From Aliivibrio fischeri ES114 (GTDB lineage Bacteria > Pseudomonadota > Gammaproteobacteria > Enterobacterales > Vibrionaceae): DNA of 32,000 bases. The translations under genes and the position numbers were made by a program. Location of the stretch: assembly GCF_000011805.1 (NCBI RefSeq), contig NC_006840.2, one strand, 5' to 3'. Below, one piece after another: positions 10,092 through 19,193 of the stretch; position 1 is the first letter of the stretch; each line of letters begins with the position of its first letter. The notes beneath the pieces were generated by a model. It saw only the letters and a program-made list of their open reading frames with translations. It was not told where the DNA came from and did not search any database.

Positions 10092-10163
10092 TTTTTAAAA
10101 TAAATAAAAACAACAAAATAGATCCCATTTGCTTCTTTTAATCATAGGTCACAATTAACAAAC

Positions 10164-11855
10164 ATGAAACATAACAAGACCTCAATCTTAACAAGAACCA
10201 TTGCTCAAGTGATGTTGTTGATTGTTATGATCTCCATAATTACAACGAGCTTAGCTTTAATCACTCTTTCCTCTAGCTTAAAAGATGCAGAAGCAGTCAA
10301 TATTGCTGGTTCATTACGTATGCAGAGCTATCGTTTAGCTTATGATATTGAAACAAACTCCCCAGAGCTCATTGAGCACTTAGATAAATTTTCACAATCA
10401 ATAGAATCGCCGTCATTTAAATCATTAGACCAATGGTTTGTACCTGATGACATTGAAGATTATTACGAAGATATCCGACTACAATGGCTTTCCTTACAGC
10501 CATCACTATTAAGCGACAACAAACAAATTTATTTAAATAAAGTTTCCCTTTTCGTTGATGAAATTGATCATTTTGTTTTTCGTTTACAAGAGTTTTCAGA
10601 AAGAAAACTTCAATTACTTTCTCTGATTGGTGCTCTTGGTTTATCACTGATTGTCTTCTCAAGTATTTTTATTATTTTTTTCACTCAAAGAAAAATCGTG
10701 AGCCCATTACATCACCTAGTTGCGGCAAGCCATGCCATGACAAAAGGAAACTATTCAGTTCAGGTGGATTTAAATAGTGATAATGAATTAGGTCAGCTAG
10801 GAAATGCATTTAATCACATGACAAGGCAGGTCGATTTAAGCTATCGAGAATTAGAAAGTCGAGTTGAAGATAAAACCAAGAAACTCAGCCAAGCCAATCG
10901 CTCATTAATGATCTTGTATCAATGCTCTCAACAACTCTCAGCGTCACAACTGGATGAACAAGCGTTTAAAAACATTCTTGATACCTTTACGAATATTGAA
11001 GGGATTATCAGCGCGCGTCTGATTGTTGAAGAGGAATCCGGAGGGGATTGGGAGATAACAAGCGGTGAGCCTGACGAGTCCCCATGGAGCCTTCAGGAGC
11101 TATGTATTGATGGCGAACAATTAGGATACTTATTATGGCAAGAATCATTGCCTTGCCCTGATCAGAAATTAATCATCAATATCTCAAATATTCTGGCGCG
11201 TGGTATTTTCTATAACCAAGCACAAAAACAAACACACCAACTCATTTTATTAGAAGAGCGCTCAACAATAGCTCGTGAGCTTCATGATTCTTTAGCTCAG
11301 TCGCTTTCCTATTTGAAAATTCAAACAACACTATTAAAACGACAATTAGAAAAGTGTGATTGTATAAATACAAGTACTACACTAGTAGAATTAGATGAAG
11401 GTCTTAAAAGTGCATATAGTCAATTACGAGGACTATTAAATACATTTAGATTAACCATTAATAAAGCTCACTTTGGTGAGGCCTTACAAGAAATCATGAC
11501 AACCTTAGCCTCACAAACTAAGATAAATATTCATTTAAATAACGAACTTCCTTCTTTGCCGATAAATGCTCAACAACATGTTCATTTACTACAATTGATA
11601 AGAGAAGCGACATTAAATGCCATCAAACACTCAAAAGCTGATAATATTATCATTACGTGTTTTCAAGAAGGTGAGCAAGGCTGTATTAACATTGAAGACG
11701 ATGGAGTAGGATTTGACCCTACAGAAGAAAAAATAAATCATTATGGGTTAAGGATCATGCAAGAACGTGCAAACTGCGTTCATGGTAAGCTATCCATAAC
11801 TTCAGAAATAGACAACGGTTGTACAGTGAACGTTATGTTTCCACTAAACCAATAA
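10164..11855 (+). CDS. narQ: Nitrate/nitrite sensor histidine kinase NarQ
   Basis: 563 aa. Two TM helices flank a periplasmic P-box (AGSLRMQSYRL). Also has a HAMP domain, a HisKA_3 H-box (ARELHDSLAQ) and an ATPase domain. Confidence 0.9.
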   Translation: MKHNKTSILTRTIAQVMLLIVMISIITTSLALITLSSSLKDAEAVNIAGSLRMQSYRLAYDIETNSPELIEHLDKFSQSIESPSFKSLDQWFVPDDIEDYYEDIRLQWLSLQPSLLSDNKQIYLNKVSLFVDEIDHFVFRLQEFSERKLQLLSLIGALGLSLIVFSSIFIIFFTQRKIVSPLHHLVAASHAMTKGNYSVQVDLNSDNELGQLGNAFNHMTRQVDLSYRELESRVEDKTKKLSQANRSLMILYQCSQQLSASQLDEQAFKNILDTFTNIEGIISARLIVEEESGGDWEITSGEPDESPWSLQELCIDGEQLGYLLWQESLPCPDQKLIINISNILARGIFYNQAQKQTHQLILLEERSTIARELHDSLAQSLSYLKIQTTLLKRQLEKCDCINTSTTLVELDEGLKSAYSQLRGLLNTFRLTINKAHFGEALQEIMTTLASQTKINIHLNNELPSLPINAQQHVHLLQLIREATLNAIKHSKADNIIITCFQEGEQGCINIEDDGVGFDPTEEKINHYGLRIMQERANCVHGKLSITSEIDNGCTVNVMFPLNQ

Positions 11856-11875
11856 AATAATAGAGGTAAAAAATT

Positions 11876-12487
11876 ATGTGGAATGTCGTTATCGTTGATG
11901 ATCATCCGTTAATGCGTCGTGGTATTGGTCAACTTCTTTCTTTTGATGAAGAATTCACACTGACTGGCGAAGCAAGTAATGGTACTGATGCCGTTGCTCT
12001 GATTTCACAAGATGAACCAGACCTTGTTCTTCTTGATCTAAATATGAAAGGCATGTCAGGTTTAGATACGTTGCATGCGCTAAGAAATGAAGGGGTAACT
12101 TGCCCTATTGTCATTTTAACCGTGTCAGATAATAAGCAAGACATCAAAACATTAATTAAAGCTGGGGCAGATGGTTATCTACTAAAAGATAGTGAACCTG
12201 ATGAACTAATCGCATTATTAAAAGAAGCGATGAAAGGCGGCAAAGCCTACTCTGAACAAGTTAAAACGTGTTTAGAAGAAGACGCTCAAGGCGACGACAA
12301 ATTATCTCAACTAACCGCTCGTGAATTAGAAATTTTGCAACATGTAGCAAAAGGAATGAGAAACAAGCAAGTTGCGGATAAACTTTTTATCTCTGAAGCG
12401 ACTGTAAAAGTCCACATGAAGAGTTTGCTGAAAAAATTAAATGTAAAATCCCGTGTTGCAGCAACGCTACTGTATTTAGATTCGTGA
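11876..12487 (+). CDS. narP: Nitrate/nitrite response regulator NarP (NarL/FixJ family)
   Basis: 203 aa. REC domain (DDHPL...DLNMKG) plus a LuxR-type HTH (LTARELEILQHVAKGMRNKQVA). Directly follows narQ. Confidence 0.9.
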   Translation: MWNVVIVDDHPLMRRGIGQLLSFDEEFTLTGEASNGTDAVALISQDEPDLVLLDLNMKGMSGLDTLHALRNEGVTCPIVILTVSDNKQDIKTLIKAGADGYLLKDSEPDELIALLKEAMKGGKAYSEQVKTCLEEDAQGDDKLSQLTARELEILQHVAKGMRNKQVADKLFISEATVKVHMKSLLKKLNVKSRVAATLLYLDS

Positions 12488-12488
12488 T

Positions 12489-12818
12489 ATGAAAAAAACG
12501 TTTTATTCACTCTTATTTCTATTGGTACTAAATGGTTGTGCATTAACAACAGAGCCAATGACTCCTGAATCAAGTGCTATCAACTTATATTATAATGATA
12601 GTGCTGTACAGGGGTGCCAAGAGGTTGGCACTGTGACAGGAAGCGAGGGCCATTGGTATACCTTTTTCTTTATTACGAATAAGGAGCTAACCATTGGCGC
12701 AATTAACGACATTAAAAATGAAGCTCAAGCTTTAGGGGCAAACAGCATAGTAGTTCACACACCGACACCCTTTAATACATCAGTAACTATGTTTGGCTCT
12801 GCTTATATTTGCCCTTAA
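12489..12818 (+). CDS. Small lipoprotein (DUF4156-like)
   Basis: 109 aa with a lipobox (LVLNGC). Its ATG lies 1 nt after the narP TGA (TGATATG). Confidence 0.65.
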   Translation: MKKTFYSLLFLLVLNGCALTTEPMTPESSAINLYYNDSAVQGCQEVGTVTGSEGHWYTFFFITNKELTIGAINDIKNEAQALGANSIVVHTPTPFNTSVTMFGSAYICP

Positions 12819-12881
12819 TAACTCTTAACCTTAAAAGCTCTTAACTCGGGTTAATTAATCACTTCATTTTATAAACAAAAA

Positions 12882-12911
12882 ACGCCAACTTTTAAGTTGG
12901 CGTTTTATTTT
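12882..12911. terminator. Bidirectional rho-independent terminator
   Basis: ACGCCAACT / TTTA / AGTTGGCGT, with an A-run upstream and TTTTATTTT downstream. Confidence 0.85.
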
Positions 12912-12938
12912 ATCTGCACATTAAAGAAGCACATATTC

Positions 12939-13220
12939 TTAATGATGCAATGTTGATGCAATTTCATCTTCTCGAGAACATACCCACTCAGGATCATAAG
13001 GCCCCCAATCTGAAAGACGGTAATAACCATCGTTATGACGACGACCATCTTGAATAAACATCAATTCAATCCCAATACCAGGTAAAGCCTTCAATACATC
13101 TTGAATAGTACGACGAGGCCAACCAGTTAACTCTACAAGCTTAGGAACATTCGGCCTTTCTATATTATGTACCAACAACGCCAAATATAAGCGTCTGGCA
13201 AACACTGGATTCAACTCCAT
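12939..13220 (-). CDS. Small winged-helix/HTH-like protein, function unknown
   Basis: 93 aa. The segment VPKLVELTGWPRRTIQDVLKAL looks like an HTH. A strong AGGAGG Shine-Dalgarno lies upstream of the ATG. Confidence 0.6.
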   Translation of the reverse strand: MELNPVFARRLYLALLVHNIERPNVPKLVELTGWPRRTIQDVLKALPGIGIELMFIQDGRRHNDGYYRLSDWGPYDPEWVCSREDEIASTLHH

Positions 13221-13273
13221 TGATACCTCCTGAATTAATAAGAGTAATTATTAATCATTCAATAAAAATGATG

Positions 13274-13287
13274 TTGAGATTGATCAA
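13274..13287. promoter_or_regulatory. FNR/CRP-family-like palindrome upstream of the wHTH gene
   Basis: TTGAG-ATTG-ATCAA matches 9 of 10 specified FNR positions. Its centre is 60 bp upstream of the ATG, with a TAATAAT -10-like element about 25-30 bp downstream. Confidence 0.25.
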
Positions 13288-13386
13288 CTAATTACGAAAA
13301 TAATCTCATATTTATGTAAACGGGTCATAAAATCGTATTTTTTGTAATTAATTTTCACAATAAGATCAGCGACATTCTCTAAAGTA

Positions 13387-13671
13387 TTATCCAATATTAA
13401 CCGTACCACCACCTTTTAGTGTGCCACCACACCCAATAGCATCGCCATCTCTTGCTGCTGGCTTTCCATCAATAAATACGGAACTTGAACCTGCAGAAAT
13501 GGATCTTGGATGAGGTGGATGTTTCGGTTTAGAGTGAGGCGCAAGAGGATCGCCTTGTCTTGCCGCTGGAACTCCATCCACTTTTACTGTCCCAGAACCT
13601 GCTAAAACTGGAGTTGGATGAAAACCGTCATGATCACTACCAATATCCCCCACTTTCACTGCATTTCCCAT
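13387..13671 (-). CDS. Minimal PAAR-domain protein (T6SS spike-tip family), orphan
   Basis: Two literal PAAR motifs (VDGVPAARQGD, IDGKPAARDGD) in a Gly-rich beta-type sequence of about 94 aa. The ORF-track start at 13686 is a TTG codon. The ATG at 13671 has a perfect AAGGAG 6 nt upstream. Confidence 0.85.
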   Translation of the reverse strand: MGNAVKVGDIGSDHDGFHPTPVLAGSGTVKVDGVPAARQGDPLAPHSKPKHPPHPRSISAGSSSVFIDGKPAARDGDAIGCGGTLKGGGTVNIG

Positions 13672-13856
13672 ATAGTCTCCTTTCAATATTGGGATGAATC
13701 AGAAGTGTATGTGTTATTTCGTTTCTTTAAAATTTACCCGAAAAGAATGGCGAGTCACTTCAAATAATAATCAACAGATTACTAAATAACCGTCAAGACT
13801 GGCGTATTTGTTCAATAATCGTTATAACTAGACAATAATTAATAACATAACTAAAA

Positions 13857-14216
13857 ATGAAGAAAGTCATGACTACAATCTACGGAATTAAAAACTGCGA
13901 CACCATCAAGAAATGCAAAAAATGGCTTGAAGCAAATAACCTTACCTTTACTTATCACGATTATCGTACTGATGGTATTGATAAAGAGATGGTAACTACA
14001 TTCGTAAAACAACTTGGTTGGGAAAATGTATTAAATAAACGTGGTACCACGTATCGCCAACTAACAGATGAACAAAAAGCATCTCTAAATGAAGAAACAG
14101 CAATCGAATTATTGCTAGAAATGCCAGCTATGATTAAACGCCCTGTACTTATTCATAATAATGAATATCACTTAGGCTTTAAGCCAGCTCAATATGAGAC
14201 CTTGTTTGATATCTAA
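13857..14216 (+). CDS. yffB: ArsC/Spx-family protein YffB
   Basis: The IYGIKNCDT motif is present and the gene lies directly upstream of dapE, as in E. coli. The true start may be the ATG at 13869 (MTTIYG...). Confidence 0.85.
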   Translation: MKKVMTTIYGIKNCDTIKKCKKWLEANNLTFTYHDYRTDGIDKEMVTTFVKQLGWENVLNKRGTTYRQLTDEQKASLNEETAIELLLEMPAMIKRPVLIHNNEYHLGFKPAQYETLFDI

Positions 14217-14249
14217 TGCCATTAATAAAAAGAAGTAAAGGAATACAGA

Positions 14250-15383
14250 ATGTCTGATACACCAACATTAGCTCTTGCTAAAGATTTACTAAGCCGCCAA
14301 TCCATCACACCTGAAGATGCAGGTTGCCAAGAGCTAATGATTAAACAACTAGAAGCACTTGGTTTTACCATTGAAATTATGGTGTTTGAAGATACAACCA
14401 ACTTTTGGGCTCGTCGAGGCAATAAAGCACCATTATTTACTTTTGCAGGACATACGGATGTTGTTCCTACAGGTGATTTAACGCATTGGAATACCAATCC
14501 ATTTGAGCCAACAATCATTGATGGAATGCTCTACGCTCGTGGAGCAGCTGATATGAAGGGCTCTTTAGCTTGTATGGTGGTTGCCGTTGAGCGTTTCGTC
14601 GCAGAGCACCCTAATCACAAAGGTTCAATTTCATTTTTAATCACATCCGATGAAGAAGGTCCATTTATTAATGGCACGACTCGTGTAGTGGATACCCTGC
14701 AAGAACGTAACGAAATCATTGATATGTGTATCGTAGGCGAACCATCAAGTACCGCTCATGTTGGTGATGTGGTTAAAAATGGACGTAGAGGCTCATTAAC
14801 AGGTAATTTAACCGTTAAAGGGATTCAAGGGCATGTTGCGTATCCGCATATAGCTCGCAATCCAATTCACCAAGCGATGCCCGCTCTGTCAGAGCTAGCA
14901 ACGACCGTTTGGGACAATGGCAATGATTATTTTCCACCAACAAGCTTTCAAATCCCAAATATGAATGGTGGCACAGGCGCTTCTAACGTTATTCCTGGCA
15001 CAGTTGATATCATGTTTAACTTTAGATTCAGTACAGAATCAACAGTAGATGAGCTACAACAACGTGTCGTCGAAATTTTAGATAAGCATGATTTAGAATA
15101 CGAACTAGATTGGATTATCAATGGCCTCCCTTTCCTAACTGATACTGGGGATTTATTAACAGCCGTTGTTAATGCTGTCGATACGGTTAATCAACAAAAA
15201 CCACAATTATTAACGACAGGTGGTACGTCAGATGGGCGTTTTATTGCTCAAATGGGTTCCCAAGTTATAGAGCTTGGCCCTGTGAATGCGACCATCCATA
15301 AAGTAAATGAGTGCGTAAATGTAGAAGATTTAGAAAAGCTAACTGATATGTATCAAGAAGTCCTAAATAATCTACTAGCATAA
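14250..15383 (+). CDS. dapE: Succinyl-diaminopimelate desuccinylase
   Basis: 377 aa M20 peptidase. Motifs include [16 protein letters not shown] and SDEEG. Preserves yffB-dapE synteny. Confidence 0.97.
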   Translation: MSDTPTLALAKDLLSRQSITPEDAGCQELMIKQLEALGFTIEIMVFEDTTNFWARRGNKAPLFTFAGHTDVVPTGDLTHWNTNPFEPTIIDGMLYARGAADMKGSLACMVVAVERFVAEHPNHKGSISFLITSDEEGPFINGTTRVVDTLQERNEIIDMCIVGEPSSTAHVGDVVKNGRRGSLTGNLTVKGIQGHVAYPHIARNPIHQAMPALSELATTVWDNGNDYFPPTSFQIPNMNGGTGASNVIPGTVDIMFNFRFSTESTVDELQQRVVEILDKHDLEYELDWIINGLPFLTDTGDLLTAVVNAVDTVNQQKPQLLTTGGTSDGRFIAQMGSQVIELGPVNATIHKVNECVNVEDLEKLTDMYQEVLNNLLA

Positions 15384-15441
15384 GGATAAATTAGGGTTAT
15401 GATGAGAGAGCTTTTGTTCTCTCATCTCTAATTGGTGCCCT

Positions 15442-16110
15442 ATGACATATCAAGAACTTACTGGTCAATCATTTCAACACTTGTCAAAGTTATCACCACA
15501 TCGTCAGCTTCACCACGATTGTATTCTTCCATTTAAAGCCTTATCAGATGCCGCGCATCAAGCAGGGTTCACTCTGACTATTGCAAGCAGCTTCCGTGAC
15601 TTTGAACGTCAACTTCTCATTTGGAATAATAAGTTTTTAGGCATTCGCCCTATTTTAGATGATAACGGGCATGAGCTTGACCCTAGCTCTCTCAATGATC
15701 TCGAAAAAATTCACGCCATTATGCGATGGTCTGCCCTTCCAGGTGCGAGCCGACACCACTGGGGAACAGAACTTGATGTTTATGCATCAAATACCTTACC
15801 CGAAGATGTACAATTACAACTTGAACCATGGGAATACAACACAGGGCATCAAGCAGAATTCAGTTCATGGTTAAATAAAAACGCCCCTAAATTTGGTTTT
15901 TTCTTTCCATATAAAACCGATAAAAAAGGGGTTGCCATTGAACCTTGGCACATTAGCTATAAACAAAATAGCAATGCATATATGTCACAATTAACGCCTG
16001 AAATGTTACTCAAAGCATGGGAGGGTGTTGATCTGGCAGGAAAAGAGACCATCATTAAACACATAGATACATTATTTGTTCGCTATATAACAAACATAGA
16101 CAAGGAGTAA
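15442..16110 (+). CDS. M15-family (LAS) zinc D,D-/L,D-carboxypeptidase-like peptidase
   Basis: 222 aa with an H-x6-D motif (HHWGTELD) and a later EPWH motif, characteristic of VanY/M15 cell-wall peptidases. Confidence 0.75.
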   Translation: MTYQELTGQSFQHLSKLSPHRQLHHDCILPFKALSDAAHQAGFTLTIASSFRDFERQLLIWNNKFLGIRPILDDNGHELDPSSLNDLEKIHAIMRWSALPGASRHHWGTELDVYASNTLPEDVQLQLEPWEYNTGHQAEFSSWLNKNAPKFGFFFPYKTDKKGVAIEPWHISYKQNSNAYMSQLTPEMLLKAWEGVDLAGKETIIKHIDTLFVRYITNIDKE

Positions 16111-16112
16111 AT

Positions 16113-16322
16113 ATGGAATGGTTAATGAACCCTTGGGTAATCATTGTTATTGTTTTAAGTGTTGTTATTGGTAACCTTGCGGCATTAAAAGCAACGGCTA
16201 ATATGAAATTTGGTCAATCAAAAAAAATGAAAAACCTTCAAGAACAAGATGATATTGACGCTGAAAAACAAAACACGGTAGATAAAAAAGAAAATTCAGA
16301 ACAAAAAAAAGACGCTCAATAA
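16113..16322 (+). CDS. Small single-TM protein with charged tail (DUF2897-like)
   Basis: 69 aa. N-terminal TM helix (WVIIVIVLSVVIGNLAAL) and a K/E/D/Q-rich tail. Starts 2 nt after the M15 peptidase stop. Confidence 0.5.
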   Translation: MEWLMNPWVIIVIVLSVVIGNLAALKATANMKFGQSKKMKNLQEQDDIDAEKQNTVDKKENSEQKKDAQ

Positions 16323-16350
16323 CGAGCGCCTTTCTTCATTTTATTTTAGC

Positions 16351-17403
16351 TTATTCTTCATCTTGCTCAGTCTTTGGGGCGTTGTTTGATTTTTCAATCA
16401 TCGCCGCTAACACAGGAACTAATGAATCTAACGTATCTTCGTCAACAGGCTTACCACCAGCATCTGTTACGTTAATTGATGTTCTGTTGCCTAAGTCGCC
16501 AAGTAATAAGTTATAGGTACGGCCATCAAAAGACAGTGGTTTAGTACCGATCTCTTCCCAGAATTCATCATCGGGTTCTTTGTACTTAACTTCGATTGTA
16601 CCTTGAGAGCGATTTCTATCTTCTATTGCAAGCCCCATCATAGGCAATAACTCACCTAAGCGTTCCCAGAAAATATTGTATGGCGCACGAGCAATGATAA
16701 CTGGTAATCCACTTCGATCTTGTCCCATAGAAATAGGAATACGCTTAACTAACTCTTCCGCACGGATACGAGCTTCTTCACGTAACTGCTCATCATAAGC
16801 TGACGTCACTAAATTCGTCATCAAAATGTTATAACGCGCTTTGTTTGCAGGCGTCACTTCGGCTTGATTGCCATCTACTTGCCAATCAATTAATAAGATT
16901 TGAAAGCCTACACGATTGTTCTGATTTAGCTTGCTAATTTTATAACGAGCACCGAACTCATGATCTTCATCTTCAGAGCTCCATTTTAACCAGTCAGTTT
17001 CAATCTCTGAGGGCTCTTCTTTAACAATACCGATATCTTTCTTTTTCATTAAAGTTAATACCGTTTGCCAAAGCTTATCAACATCTTCTTGCTTAACAAG
17101 CCAAACCGTTACTTCTCCATTCTGCTCTTCAATACGAGCACCAGGAATAAGCTCAAGTACTTGTTGAGGTGGACGAATATCTACTTCTTTACCGATACCA
17201 CCTGTAAACTCCCCCTTAGGAATATCGTATTGTGGGTAGAACTCAGGTTTAGCATCCGCTGGCTCTTGCCACTCAACCAAAGGAGGAGTTTCTAAATACT
17301 TAAAATCTTGTTTAGCTTGGCGACGCTCTGTTGGACTACTTGAACATGCTGATAAAACAGCAATCATTAATGATCCAACAACAAAGCGAGTCTTCACTTT
17401 CAT
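16351..17403 (-). CDS. bamC: Outer-membrane assembly lipoprotein BamC (NlpB)
   Basis: 350 aa with a lipobox (LSAC). Lies immediately downstream of dapA, as in E. coli. Confidence 0.85.
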   Translation of the reverse strand: MKVKTRFVVGSLMIAVLSACSSSPTERRQAKQDFKYLETPPLVEWQEPADAKPEFYPQYDIPKGEFTGGIGKEVDIRPPQQVLELIPGARIEEQNGEVTVWLVKQEDVDKLWQTVLTLMKKKDIGIVKEEPSEIETDWLKWSSEDEDHEFGARYKISKLNQNNRVGFQILLIDWQVDGNQAEVTPANKARYNILMTNLVTSAYDEQLREEARIRAEELVKRIPISMGQDRSGLPVIIARAPYNIFWERLGELLPMMGLAIEDRNRSQGTIEVKYKEPDDEFWEEIGTKPLSFDGRTYNLLLGDLGNRTSINVTDAGGKPVDEDTLDSLVPVLAAMIEKSNNAPKTEQDEE

Positions 17404-17414
17404 TTTCTATCCTA

Positions 17415-18296
17415 CTACTTCAACAAACCCGCACTTTTCAGCGCTTGCTCTACCGTTGGCTGTGCTGACAGACTTAATTCCGTTAATGGTAAACGAATAT
17501 CCGAATGAGTAATCATACCTAAACGATGTGCCGCCCATTTAACCGGAATTGGGTTAGCTTCAACAAATAAATCATTATGTAACGGCATTAAACGTTGGTT
17601 AATGATTTCAGCTTCTTCAAACTTACCTTGAGCAGCTAAAGCAAACATGGTCGCCATGTCTTTTGCTGCAATGTTTGACGTTACAGAGATAACACCATGG
17701 CCACCCAATTTAACAAAATCAAGCGCAGTAGCATCATCACCACTTAGTTGGATAAAGTTTTCACCACAAAGTTCACGAGTAATCGCCACGCGGTCTAAAT
17801 CACCTGTCGCATCTTTTAATGCAACAATGTTATCAAGCTCAGCAAGACGCGCGACCGTTTCAGGAAGAAGGTCTACTGCTGTACGTCCTGGTACATTATA
17901 AAGAATTTGAGGAATATCTGTTGCTTCAGAGATCGCTTTATAGTGCTGGAACAAACCTTCTTGAGTCGGTTTATTGTAATAAGGCGTAACACTTAAACAA
18001 CCAGCAACACCAGAATCATGGAAAAGCTTACTAAATGTCACCGCTTCATGAGTTGCATTTGCACCCGTTCCTGCAATTACAGGAATTCGGCCATCAGCGA
18101 ACTCAAGGGTCTTCATAACTAATTTGACATGCTCTTCTACACTTAATGTCGCTGATTCTCCTGTTGTACCAACAGCCACAATACCATTTGTGCCCGCTTT
18201 AATGTGGTAATCAACAAGGCTTTTTAAACTGTTGTAATCTACTTCACCATCAGTATCCAATGGTGTAACTAAAGCGACAATGCTACCTGAGAACAT
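17415..18296 (-). CDS. dapA: 4-hydroxy-tetrahydrodipicolinate synthase
   Basis: 293 aa. Contains the GTTGES motif and has collinear similarity to E. coli DapA. Confidence 0.97.
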   Translation of the reverse strand: MFSGSIVALVTPLDTDGEVDYNSLKSLVDYHIKAGTNGIVAVGTTGESATLSVEEHVKLVMKTLEFADGRIPVIAGTGANATHEAVTFSKLFHDSGVAGCLSVTPYYNKPTQEGLFQHYKAISEATDIPQILYNVPGRTAVDLLPETVARLAELDNIVALKDATGDLDRVAITRELCGENFIQLSGDDATALDFVKLGGHGVISVTSNIAAKDMATMFALAAQGKFEEAEIINQRLMPLHNDLFVEANPIPVKWAAHRLGMITHSDIRLPLTELSLSAQPTVEQALKSAGLLK

Positions 18297-18567
18297 ATCC
18301 TTCTCCCTTTCTATCTGCTGCTACAATATTGGTTCTGTTACTCAATTAACTTCATCGTAAAGAATCACCATCCTTGACCATGATGTGTTATCTGGTTTTC
18401 ATCTTCTTACACAATGAGCAGAACCATTCAATCAATATAACTCAAGGATATTACATTAGAGCCTATGTTGTAGAGTCTTTTTTTTGACGATTGTTCACTA
18501 TTGCTTGCTTATCACACAATCACTTGCGTGTTAGTATGTAGATATCTTTTTCAACAACGAGTTTTTT

Positions 18568-19095
18568 ATGTCTCAATACCTTGTAATTACTGCGGTCGGC
18601 ACAGACAGACCGGGTATATCGAATAAGGTGACTCGCCTTGTCACTGAGTCAAGCTGCAATATAGTAGATAGCCGTATCGCCTCATTTGGTAATGAGTTCA
18701 CATTAATCATGTTGTTGTCAGGTACAGCAAACGCTATCTCTCGAATTGAAAATACATTACCACTATTAGGTCAACAGCATGATCTAATTACCATGATGAA
18801 ACGTACTTCACCTCATCAAGAAAAAGACATTTTCTATACCATTGACGCATTTATTGAATCAGAAGACCGTCCAGGATTGACTGAAAAATTTACCGATTTT
18901 CTTGCTAATCGAGATATCGATTTGAAAACACTCAGTGCTCAAACATTAAAAAAATCAGAAAATCAAAATACATTTCAGATCCAAATTACGGCCGAAATAT
19001 TTAAAGAGTGCCATATCATTGAGATTCAAGAAGAGTTTGAATCCTTATGCGCTTCATTAAATGTCAGTGGTAAAATCAATTTCTATAAAAATTAA
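18568..19095 (+). CDS. gcvR: Glycine cleavage system transcriptional repressor GcvR (tandem ACT)
   Basis: 175 aa. The N-terminus LVITAVGTDRPGI is typical of an ACT domain. Divergent from dapA and upstream of bcp, as in E. coli. Confidence 0.85.
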   Translation: MSQYLVITAVGTDRPGISNKVTRLVTESSCNIVDSRIASFGNEFTLIMLLSGTANAISRIENTLPLLGQQHDLITMMKRTSPHQEKDIFYTIDAFIESEDRPGLTEKFTDFLANRDIDLKTLSAQTLKKSENQNTFQIQITAEIFKECHIIEIQEEFESLCASLNVSGKINFYKN

Positions 19096-19193
19096 AGGCA
19101 AATAGACCTAATACCATTCAGGATAAATAGTTGAACAAGCAAGAATGAGCAACTAACTATGTGGATTGGTATAAACCCATAAAAGGAAAGAGA

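Noticed and set aside
13800-13814. Sigma-54-like TGGC-N7-TTCA upstream of yffB, of interest because T6SS genes are often RpoN-dependent
   Set aside because: The essential GC dinucleotide of the -12 element is missing (TTCA instead of TTGC). The motif also faces yffB, not the PAAR gene.
14222-14518. 98-aa minus-strand ORF over the dapE 5' end
   Set aside because: It is antisense to dapE, with no RBS and no recognisable motif.
15401-15426. 8-bp hairpin (GATGAGAG/CTCTCATC) after dapE, and the weak 5-bp hairpin at 16313-16328
   Set aside because: The stems are short and lack a proper U-tract. They could be weak terminators but are not distinguishable from chance.
18380-18487. 35-codon ORF (MMCYLVFIFLHNEQ...) in the dapA-gcvR intergenic region, and the idea of a leader or riboswitch for dapA
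   Set aside because: It has no Shine-Dalgarno. I could not recognise lysine-riboswitch conserved elements or a convincing stem architecture in 18297-18567.
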